Assembly: GCA_903893485.1 (NCBI GenBank)
Contig: CAITMK010000012.1
Coordinates: 18,708-82,707, forward strand
DNA length: 64,000 nucleotides
Direction: 5' to 3'
Source of the DNA: Candidatus Magasanikiibacteriota bacterium
GTDB lineage: Bacteria > Patescibacteriota > Patescibacteriia > Magasanikbacterales > 2-02-FULL-50-9b
Shown: positions 18,912 to 26,527 of the stretch, in pieces
Layout: each line of letters begins with the position of its first letter
Numbering within the stretch: the first letter of the stretch is position 1
Position numbers and translations under genes: made by a program
The notes under the pieces: generated by a model
The model's input: only the letters and a program-made list of their open reading frames with translations
Database searches by the model: none
What the model was told of the DNA's origin: nothing

Positions 18912-19823
18912 TTACAAGCGGTTTAAGTATTCAATCGCGGCAAGTGCAGCGGTACAACCCATTCCGGCGGCAACAACAATTTGTTTGTATGGCGTATTGG
19001 TAACGTCGCCGGCTGCAAAAAGCCCTGGCATATTGGTGCGACAAAGCGCGTCCACCATAATTTGACCAAGCGGATCTTTTTCTGCGGGCACGAACGCTGA
19101 ATTTGCTTTGTTGCCAATATGAATCATAACACCTTGTGATTCCACGGTGCGCGGAACGCCATTTTGTGTAAAGGTGACGCCACTAACCGCGCCTTCGCCT
19201 TCAATTTTTTGCGTGAGAGCGTTATAAATAATTTCTACATTTGGCGTTGCAGCTAATTTATCAATTAAAATTTGATCGCCTTTGAATTTATCATTTTTAT
19301 TAATTACGTACACTTTTTTTGCAAGCATTGCCATCATGAGCGCCGATTCAAGCGCGCTATTACCGCCGCCAATAGTGGTAGTAATTTTATTTTTGAAAAG
19401 CGGTCCATCGCACGTGGTGCAATAGGTAACGCCATGATGATAATTTGCTTCTTCGCCGGGCGCGCCCAATTTTTTTGGTTTTACGCCGGTTGCAATAATT
19501 ACTGCGCGCGCTTCAAAAGTTTTAGTAACGCCAGAAAGGGAAGTTGCGGTTGCGCTCCAGCCGCCTGGAACCTGCTCTAATTTTTCAACGGTAAATCCTT
19601 CTTCGATGGTGACATTATTGTAAATGAGTTGCGCTTTGAGTTGATCCGCCATTTCAAAACCGGTTGTGCTATTCACGGTTGGCCAATTCTCAACCACGCC
19701 AGACAGTGCAACTTCGCCGCCTAAATCGCTGGCAAGTAACACAAAATCCAATTTACGGCGTGAAGCGTACACAGCTGCGGTTGTTCCGGCGATCGATCCG
19801 CCAATAATAATCAAATCCATCAT
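18912..19823 (-). CDS. trxB: thioredoxin-disulfide reductase
   Basis: N-terminal IIIGGSIAGTTAAVY FAD motif, redox-active CTTCDG motif, and a second GxGxxA NADPH motif. Confidence 0.85.
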   Translation of the reverse strand: MMDLIIIGGSIAGTTAAVYASRRKLDFVLLASDLGGEVALSGVVENWPTVNSTTGFEMADQLKAQLIYNNVTIEEGFTVEKLEQVPGGWSATATSLSGVTKTFEARAVIIATGVKPKKLGAPGEEANYHHGVTYCTTCDGPLFKNKITTTIGGGNSALESALMMAMLAKKVYVINKNDKFKGDQILIDKLAATPNVEIIYNALTQKIEGEGAVSGVTFTQNGVPRTVESQGVMIHIGNKANSAFVPAEKDPLGQIMVDALCRTNMPGLFAAGDVTNTPYKQIVVAAGMGCTAALAAIEYLNRL

Positions 19824-19835
19824 AGTGTATTGAGT

Positions 19836-20471
19836 TTAACTGAGCTGGGCGAGTGTTGCAAGGGCAGCGACTGGGTTTGGCGTGTTAAAGATCGCGCCAT
19901 TTACGATAAACCGAGTGGCGCCAGCTGTTTTTGCAGCTGGAATCGTTGCAGCGCTGAGCGCGCCATCAACCGTAATCGCTAATGTTGGGGTTGCAGTGCG
20001 GCATTCAGCAATTTTTTCGAGCACCGATTGCTCAAATGGACGTCCACTGGCGCCTGGATGCACGGTTAAAAACAAAATGTCATCAACATAGGGTAATAGA
20101 TGCGCGACGTCTGCTAGCGGCGTTTCTGGAGCCACCGCAATGCCAGCTTGCCACCCGTGAAATTTTATTGCCTCGATAACTTTTTTTGGGTCTTCAACAG
20201 GTTCAACATGAAAATAAACCATTTTGACCGCGGTTGTTTCGGTCCAGGCGTCTAAATGCTGCAATGGATTCGCGACCATTAAGTGCAGCTCAAAATGCGC
20301 AGGGGAAAGCATTTGGCCAATGAGTCCTGGATCCGCCCATGATTTTTCTGGCTGCCAGGTTCCATCTAAAACATCGATTTGAATGCGGGGCGCCTCGGCC
20401 TCAATGGTGCGCAATCGCGACTCAAATTCTGCCGCAGAATGTACAAGGATCGCAGGAATAATTTGTGTCAT
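19836..20471 (-). CDS. rpe: ribulose-phosphate 3-epimerase
   Basis: PAIL...DVLDG...HLMV motifs of Rpe; 211 aa. Confidence 0.8.
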   Translation of the reverse strand: MTQIIPAILVHSAAEFESRLRTIEAEAPRIQIDVLDGTWQPEKSWADPGLIGQMLSPAHFELHLMVANPLQHLDAWTETTAVKMVYFHVEPVEDPKKVIEAIKFHGWQAGIAVAPETPLADVAHLLPYVDDILFLTVHPGASGRPFEQSVLEKIAECRTATPTLAITVDGALSAATIPAAKTAGATRFIVNGAIFNTPNPVAALATLAQLS

Positions 20472-20908
20472 ACTTCGAGCTTTGCAACCATTTCTAGGCG
20501 GCGAATATGGCGTTCGTCATTGGAAAATTCAGTGTCTAAAAATTTGCGCACAATTGCACGCGCAAAATCAGGTTGCAAAACGCTGCCCGCAAGGCAAAGC
20601 ACGTTTGCGTTGTCATCGGTGCGCATGGTTTCGGCAGCAAGCAGGTTGTAGCCAATGCCCGCGCGGATCCCCGGATGTTTATTTGCAGCCATGCAAACAC
20701 CAACGCCGTTGGCACACAGCAAAACGCCACGGTTTGCAGGATCTGCAAGCACTTTGCGGCTTAGTTTTTCTGTTACCACTGGGTAATCGTCCCCGGGAAC
20801 CATTGGTCCAGCGCTTAAATCCTCAAAAGGAATTTCCTGAAGTTTTAAAAATTCTTTGATGGCTTCTTTGAGTTCAAAACCCGCGTGATCCGCGCCAAGA
20901 TAAAGCAT
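20468..20908 (-). CDS. rpiB: ribose-5-phosphate isomerase B
   Basis: LGADHAGFELK...CANGVGVCMAANK is the RpiB/LacAB signature. First gene of the minus-strand pentose-phosphate operon; TGcTATAAT extended -10 upstream. Confidence 0.85.
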   Translation of the reverse strand: MLYLGADHAGFELKEAIKEFLKLQEIPFEDLSAGPMVPGDDYPVVTEKLSRKVLADPANRGVLLCANGVGVCMAANKHPGIRAGIGYNLLAAETMRTDDNANVLCLAGSVLQPDFARAIVRKFLDTEFSNDERHIRRLEMVAKLEV

Positions 20909-20952
20909 ATTTTATAATTTATTGAGAAATTATAGCACAGGTGGGGCGGGTC

Positions 20953-20982
20953 TTGACAAAAAAGCCCAGATATGATTAAATA
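20953..20982 (+). promoter_or_regulatory. sigma70-like promoter gggtcTTGACAAAAaagccc ... TTAAAT for GC-rich cassette C
   Basis: Consensus -35 flanked by the gggc/gccc inverted repeat; the -10 match is weaker. Confidence 0.4.
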
Positions 20983-21093
20983 TTGAGGCTAGAGTGTTAT
21001 TTTAGGAGTAAGGCACACGGGCCCCAATCCAATTGTCCAGCAACCAGCGGTATTCCCCTCGATGGGTAACCCGCTTCAGCAAGGAGGTCAGTC

Positions 21094-21204
21094 ATGATCC
21101 AGTCCACCGCCAGCCCCGCGCGCAACCATGCGGGTGAGTTATCCTTCAAGCCATCGCTGCTGCAGTCCATCAACGGCCGCGCCGGGCGCCGCGCCAAGAA
21201 GTAG
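21094..21204 (+). CDS. hypothetical 36-aa peptide in GC-rich cassette C (MIQSTASPARNHAGELSFKPSLLQSINGRAGRRAKK)
   Basis: Perfect AAGGAGG Shine-Dalgarno 6 nt upstream of the ATG. ~68% GC island ending in a terminator at 21337-21373. The region could instead be a structured RNA. Confidence 0.35.
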   Translation: MIQSTASPARNHAGELSFKPSLLQSINGRAGRRAKK

Positions 21205-21336
21205 CCACGGCGACGCCGGCGGCTACTGACGCGCGGCGCCGACGAAGGAGATTCGCTTCTCCAACGCCGGCGCCTCGCAACCGCTGAAATCACCGTTTTC
21301 TTGCCGGCCAACGCCGACACGAGCACGAGTTTCGGC

Positions 21337-21373
21337 GCCACCAACCCACAGGGGCTCTGGTGGTCTTTTTTTA
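21337..21373 (+). terminator. terminator closing cassette C
   Basis: ccacc...ggtgg hairpin followed by T7. Confidence 0.45.
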
Positions 21374-21411
21374 TTTGCACGCAAATGCGATTTCCGCTAG
21401 GATACATAGAT

Positions 21412-22836
21412 ATGAAGAATCCACCAAAAAATCTACCATCAGCCGTTGTAATTACGCCTGTTTTTAAAAATCAAAAAAATTCGCCAAGCTTGCCGCACGC
21501 AACCGAAGCCGGCGAAACTATTTTTGCGGTTATCGAAGGGCAGCCAACGATTTTTGTGGGCCTTGGTGAGGAAAAAGAAATTACATTGCTTGGTGTTGCT
21601 ACGACATTTGCCACGGCAATTCGTTTGGCCGAAGACAAAAAATATATAAATGTTGTTGCAAATATTCCAGCGCAGCTTTTTAAAATTGCTGATGGAAAAA
21701 AAGTTGGTGAAACAATGTCGCGCCTTGCGGATATTGCAATTTATCGGTTCCACGATTACCACACCAACAAAGATCGTCATACAAACCCAATTGTTGATTT
21801 ACTTTGGCAGGGAATTCCAGTGCCGCAGCAAAAAGATTTTGCCATTGGCATGAGTACGGGCTCGGCGATCGCGCGTGCAACAAATTTTGCGCGCGATTTG
21901 GGAAATCATCCGCCTTCCTACATGAACCCAGAACAGCTTGCGAGGGAAGTTGAAGAGTTAGGCAAGCATATTCCAAAACTCGCCGTTACGGTTTTGCGTA
22001 AAAAAGAAATTGAAAAAGAAAAAATGGGTGGGTTACTTGGCGTTTCGTCCGGTAGCGCGCAGCCACCAACATTTATCATTATGGAATATGCTGGCGGCAA
22101 AAAGGGGGCGGCGCCAATTGCCTTGATGGGCAAGGGTGTTACGTTCGATGCTGGCGGTATTTCAATTAAACCATCCAGCAAAATGGATGAAATGAAATTC
22201 GATATGATGGGCGGCGCAACTGTTGTGGGCGCGGTTTTGGCCGCAGCTAAATTACAGCTGCCGATAAATGTAGTGGGGCTTATTCCTGCAACCGAAAATT
22301 TGCCATCTGGCACGGCAATGCGCCCGGGTGATATTTTGCACATGCATTCTGGTAAAACGGTTGAGGTTTTGGACACCGACGCGGAAGGCCGTTTGATTTT
22401 AGCAGACGCGTTGTCTTATGCGCGTCGATTTAAACCAGCCGCTGCAATTGACTTGGCAACGTTAACGGGTGCTTGTGTGGTGGCGCTCGGTGAATCTTAT
22501 GCGGGTCTCTGGTCAACCGACGAAAAATTAACGCGCCGCATCTCGGCCGCATCAGAACAAGTTGGTGAAAAAGTATGGCCAATGCCTTTGGGCGAAGATT
22601 TTTCATGCCAAATCAAATCAGAAGTTGCAGATATCAAAAATTTAACAGATCGCTGGGGCAGCGCAAATACCGCCGCGGCATTTTTGCAAGAATTTGCACC
22701 AACTAAAAATTGGGCACATTTGGATATCGCGGGTGTTGCCTATTCCGATCGCCTAAAGCCAGTGCGCACCAAGGGCGCAACAGGTTGGGGCGTTGCGCTG
22801 CTCGTGGACATGCTGCGCGGATTCAAGGTACAATAA
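21412..22836 (+). CDS. pepA: leucyl aminopeptidase (M17 family)
   Basis: VLDTDAEGRLILADAL matches the M17 NTDAEGRL motif, and the catalytic region KGVTFDAGGISIKP is present. Confidence 0.85.
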   Translation: MKNPPKNLPSAVVITPVFKNQKNSPSLPHATEAGETIFAVIEGQPTIFVGLGEEKEITLLGVATTFATAIRLAEDKKYINVVANIPAQLFKIADGKKVGETMSRLADIAIYRFHDYHTNKDRHTNPIVDLLWQGIPVPQQKDFAIGMSTGSAIARATNFARDLGNHPPSYMNPEQLAREVEELGKHIPKLAVTVLRKKEIEKEKMGGLLGVSSGSAQPPTFIIMEYAGGKKGAAPIALMGKGVTFDAGGISIKPSSKMDEMKFDMMGGATVVGAVLAAAKLQLPINVVGLIPATENLPSGTAMRPGDILHMHSGKTVEVLDTDAEGRLILADALSYARRFKPAAAIDLATLTGACVVALGESYAGLWSTDEKLTRRISAASEQVGEKVWPMPLGEDFSCQIKSEVADIKNLTDRWGSANTAAAFLQEFAPTKNWAHLDIAGVAYSDRLKPVRTKGATGWGVALLVDMLRGFKVQ

Positions 22837-22842
22837 AGACCT

Positions 22843-23235
22843 ATGGACGTCTCTGCAATCGAACCTCAAACTCCAGCGCCTCAGGCGCCAGCGGTATCTA
22901 ACGATGACATTGCTGATGTATTATTGGATCAAGTTGATGATACCATCACAAAAATCGAAGTTGAAAAATCAAACTTATTGCCTTTGGAGCACGCGCTTGA
23001 TTTGGCAATGGCAGATCTGGCAAATGTTCAAGCTGCAAAAAAAGCAAGCACCAAACCAGAATTGCTTGATGTGTATGGTCGTGCGGAAGCCGTGGCGCAA
23101 GAAATTGTGAATACTACGCGAAGTGCTGCAATCGAACGATCTAAAAAAATCGAAGAATTGCAAAATGCGCTGCGCACCATTTTACAGGAACTTAAAAAAA
23201 TGGATCCAGAAAATCCATTAGTACAAAAAATTTGA
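22843..23235 (+). CDS. hypothetical coiled-coil protein (130 aa)
   Basis: ORF only. Confidence 0.45.
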   Translation: MDVSAIEPQTPAPQAPAVSNDDIADVLLDQVDDTITKIEVEKSNLLPLEHALDLAMADLANVQAAKKASTKPELLDVYGRAEAVAQEIVNTTRSAAIERSKKIEELQNALRTILQELKKMDPENPLVQKI

Positions 23236-23236
23236 T

Positions 23237-23479
23237 ATGAGTTTTTTGGGAAACCTTTTTGGTAAAAAAAGTGTCGTTGCAAAATTATCTGAATCAGAAA
23301 TGATTTCCAGAACAATTGAAGTTACCGAAGGAGAATTGCATGATGCTGAGGACCGTTTGCTTGCCGCAACAGATAACAAAATCAAGGAATCACTAGAATT
23401 TTTGGTATCACGAAAGACGCAGGCAATTGCGGATTTAAAAGATAAATTGCGCGCCGCACAAGTACGCGAAAACACATGA
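23237..23479 (+). CDS. hypothetical small protein (80 aa)
   Basis: ORF only; directly follows the previous gene. Confidence 0.4.
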   Translation: MSFLGNLFGKKSVVAKLSESEMISRTIEVTEGELHDAEDRLLAATDNKIKESLEFLVSRKTQAIADLKDKLRAAQVRENT

Positions 23480-24042
23480 TCGGATTTTTGTCAGGAATTA
23501 TTCGGCAGGTTAAAGGCACACGCGTTTTAGTAGATGTGCATGGTGTTGGGTATGAAGTTGACATGTCAGTAGCCGACGCAGCGCGTGCGCGAACCGGCGA
23601 CGCAGTAGAGATTTATTGCCACACGCATGTTCGCGAAGATGCGCTGCTGTTGTTTGGTTTTTTTACACCAAGCGCCAAAGATTTTTTTGAAATATTAATT
23701 GGCGTGAGTGGCGTTGGTCCAAAATCTGCATTGCAAATTTTATCGATTGGCACCGTTGATGAAATCCGTTCCGCGGTTTTGCGTGCTGACATTGATTTTT
23801 TAACGCGCGTCCCAGGAGTTGGAAAAAAAATTGCTGAACGCATGGTACTTGATTTGCGTGGTAAAATTTCTGATGTGCTGCTTGCCGATGTAGGTGACGT
23901 AAATACGCGCGATGCGGTTGAAGCATTGGTCCAACTCGGATTTAAAAAAGATGATGCTGCGAAAGTTCTGCAGGGTGAAACAGGTACTGCAGAAGAACTC
24001 ATTCGCAAGGGACTCAAACAATTACATGGCAAAAAAATTTAG
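23476..24042 (+). CDS. ruvA: Holliday junction DNA helicase subunit RuvA
   Basis: MIGFLSGII...VDVHGVGYEV...GVGPKSALQILS gives the RuvA OB domain and HhH motifs. Confidence 0.85.
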   Translation: MIGFLSGIIRQVKGTRVLVDVHGVGYEVDMSVADAARARTGDAVEIYCHTHVREDALLLFGFFTPSAKDFFEILIGVSGVGPKSALQILSIGTVDEIRSAVLRADIDFLTRVPGVGKKIAERMVLDLRGKISDVLLADVGDVNTRDAVEALVQLGFKKDDAAKVLQGETGTAEELIRKGLKQLHGKKI

Positions 24043-24997
24043 CGGCACAAACGAAGAATGGGATGCGTTAGTTCTGAACGCTGGCGCGCAAAATAATGCG
24101 TGGGGTTTTGTGTTACAAAGCAGTAAATGGGCTGATGTATTGGTCGCGCGTGGCGCGCGTGTGGTGCGAATCGTCGATGAATCAAATCAGCCGTCGCTGT
24201 GGACATTGTTAAAAATTACGCACGGTATTTGGGTGTGGTATTGTCCAAAAGGGCCGATTGTATTGCCCGAACATGCAAATGAATGGCGCGCTCTTATTTC
24301 AGTTTTGCAGCACGAACGTCATGCCACGGTGCTTCGCATTGAGCCAACAATTGCTGCGCCAGAAAATTTTAAAAAAAGAAAATCAATTTCACCAACGCAT
24401 TCATTGATTACATTACTCGGAAATAATTTTGAATCTTTATTCAAAAGTTTTCACGAAAAAACACGATACAATATTCGTGTTGCAGAAAAACACGGCGTGC
24501 GCGCAGTACGATTGACCGGCGAGATGCTTCATCAGCAGCTCCATCGCATTTTGAGTTTGTATACGGCAACGGGCGAGCGCCATGGAATTTCTTCTATGCC
24601 TGCAGCGGAGCTTCGTGCGCTCGTTGCAACAGCGGACGTTTGGGTTGCCTGGTACGAAAATCGTATTATCGCGACTTCGTTTCATGTTGGATTTGGTGAC
24701 ACATATACGTATTTGCACGGAGCTTCATCGTACGATGACCGCGCACTCATGGGGCCGTACGCGTTACATGCGGCGGCAATGCAGTACGCAATTGAACAGA
24801 GTTTTGCACGGTATGATTGGTGGGGCGTTGCACCAGAAAACGATGAAACGCACCCACTCGCGGGCGTTACACGGTTTAAATTGGGTTTTGGTGGCAGCAT
24901 GGTAAGTGCGCCAGGAACATTCGATTTGGGCATTGACCGACTACGCTATTCTTTGTACACTTGGGGAGTTCGAGCGGCTAAACGCATGCGCTCGTAG
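24026..24997 (+). CDS. FemAB-family peptidoglycan interpeptide-bridge aminoacyltransferase-like protein (GNAT fold)
   Basis: C-terminal YLHGASSYDDRALMGPYALHAAAMQYAIEQSFARYDWWGV resembles the FemABX signature. Overlaps the ruvA 3' end in another frame. Confidence 0.5.
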   Translation: MAKKFSGTNEEWDALVLNAGAQNNAWGFVLQSSKWADVLVARGARVVRIVDESNQPSLWTLLKITHGIWVWYCPKGPIVLPEHANEWRALISVLQHERHATVLRIEPTIAAPENFKKRKSISPTHSLITLLGNNFESLFKSFHEKTRYNIRVAEKHGVRAVRLTGEMLHQQLHRILSLYTATGERHGISSMPAAELRALVATADVWVAWYENRIIATSFHVGFGDTYTYLHGASSYDDRALMGPYALHAAAMQYAIEQSFARYDWWGVAPENDETHPLAGVTRFKLGFGGSMVSAPGTFDLGIDRLRYSLYTWGVRAAKRMRS

Positions 24998-25059
24998 TAC
25001 AGTGGATAGTACGCTGGCCTCCGAAGCTGGAAACACAGGTTCGACTCCTGTCGGGCGCA
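24988..25059 (+). tRNA. tRNA-Arg (anticodon CCG)
   Basis: Cloverleaf by eye: acceptor GCGCTCG/CGGGCGC (one T·G pair), D-arm GTAC..GTAC, anticodon loop CTCCGAA, T-arm ACAGGTTCGACTCCTGT. The 5' end overlaps the last codons of the upstream CDS. Confidence 0.75.
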
Positions 25060-25062
25060 AAT

Positions 25063-25092
25063 AAAAAATCCTACGTTGGTAGGATTTTTTAT
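25063..25092. terminator. bidirectional intrinsic terminator aaaaaatcctac-gttg-gtaggatttttt
   Basis: Perfect stem with A-run 5' and T-run 3'. Confidence 0.8.
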
Positions 25093-25105
25093 TTGAAGTA
25101 AATTT

Positions 25106-26527
25106 TTACTGCGCGCCAAAAGTCATTTGTACCGGAGTTCCTGACTGACTAAATCCATCACCCGTAATTGCTGCAACAAATGAAGCATTAAGACCTGCTG
25201 GAAATGGGGAATAGCTGCCAGCGTCTTTTACACCTACTGTGAACAAAACAGATACGCTTGCGCCCGGCGCAATTTCTGCCAAATCAGGTACATCTTTTGC
25301 AAGCCAGGTAATTGTTGCGGCGCGACGATCCGGAGTGAGTTGATTTCCCATCACGAGTGGATCACCCGTTGATTGTAGATTTAAGAAGTCAAAAATACTT
25401 TTATTTTTGCTAGATGGCGCTTCAACAGAAACGGCAAATTTTGCATTTTTAATAGGCGCGCTCGTACCATTGGTAAAGTGAATGGTAAATGGAATTGCAT
25501 CACCAGCTTTAAGCGCCATGGGATGATCGATCGACGAGGTTAAAGAAAACCCAGCGGTTTTTGAAGCCGTTGCAGGTGTTGATGTTGTGGTTGAAGTCGC
25601 AGAACCAAAATCTGTTTGCGCGAAAATAATTGGAGTATCGCCATTTGCACGTTGAAGCGAAACTGATTTTGGCGCCGCAAAAGGAGCAGCCGCACTACCT
25701 GTTTTTGGCGTGGTAATAATAATTAACGTGCTTGTTGATTGTCCTTTAATTTCAGCAAAAGGAAGTGTGATTTCGCCTCCCGAAATCTGAGCAGCTGGAG
25801 TTGTCTTTGAAATTGTTACATCGCTGCCTAATTCAGCCACTAGCTGTGTGTTTAGAATTGAAGTACTCGCCGTATTCGCAAGCAAAATCGTGTGAGTTGT
25901 GTTTTTATCTGTCGTAACACTGGTAACGCCAAGCACGATCGCCGTTGATTCAACTGAAATTTTTTGATCCGCAACTTTTTCGAAATCAGCATTAAAATTT
26001 GATGGACGATAGGAAACTAATGCACGCAGTACATCCTCAGCACCAGGTTTACCCAAATACAATGCCTTAATATGCACCACCTTTTCACCACCACTTGAAA
26101 TGCCGCCAAGCGTCCAGCGTTCATTTTTGGTTGTCACGGCAACAGGGTCAGCGCTTACAATGATAAAGCCTTGCGGTGCATGCAAATTCATTTCAGCGGC
26201 AGCAATTTCACGTGCGCTTGTGTTTTGAACCGTAACGGAATAATCATCTTCAATGCCGGCAATAATATGTTCAGGAGCGCTCACGGTAACCACGACTTGT
26301 TCCTCAGAAAAGTTACCACGTGATGGATTAAACATAAAGTAGCCAAGCCATGCCGCGCCCGTTGCTGCTGCCAAGAACAAACACACGACAAAAGTTACAA
26401 AAAATCCACCGCGAGAATTTCGTTGTTCAATATGACGCATGTCCGGCATAGCACCGTCTTCATCTTTGTAGATCGCGGTTACACGGTCCTCGAGTTCATT
26501 TTTAGTTTTGCGAATTTGTTTTGGCAT
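25106..26527 (-). CDS. hypothetical membrane-anchored protein (473 aa), last gene of the polysaccharide-locus operon
   Basis: Cytoplasmic N-terminus, then TM segment FFVTFVVCLFLAAATGAAWLGYFMF, then a long Thr/Ser-rich extracellular part. Confidence 0.5.
   Translation of the reverse strand: MPKQIRKTKNELEDRVTAIYKDEDGAMPDMRHIEQRNSRGGFFVTFVVCLFLAAATGAAWLGYFMFNPSRGNFSEEQVVVTVSAPEHIIAGIEDDYSVTVQNTSAREIAAAEMNLHAPQGFIIVSADPVAVTTKNERWTLGGISSGGEKVVHIKALYLGKPGAEDVLRALVSYRPSNFNADFEKVADQKISVESTAIVLGVTSVTTDKNTTHTILLANTASTSILNTQLVAELGSDVTISKTTPAAQISGGEITLPFAEIKGQSTSTLIIITTPKTGSAAAPFAAPKSVSLQRANGDTPIIFAQTDFGSATSTTTSTPATASKTAGFSLTSSIDHPMALKAGDAIPFTIHFTNGTSAPIKNAKFAVSVEAPSSKNKSIFDFLNLQSTGDPLVMGNQLTPDRRAATITWLAKDVPDLAEIAPGASVSVLFTVGVKDAGSYSPFPAGLNASFVAAITGDGFSQSGTPVQMTFGAQ

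Noticed and set aside
20997-21407. 136-aa minus-strand ORF spanning cassette C
   Set aside because: Arg-rich low-complexity translation of GC-rich DNA with no ribosome-binding site, and it would overlap the pepA start. The plus-strand Shine-Dalgarno-led small ORF or RNA interpretation fits better.
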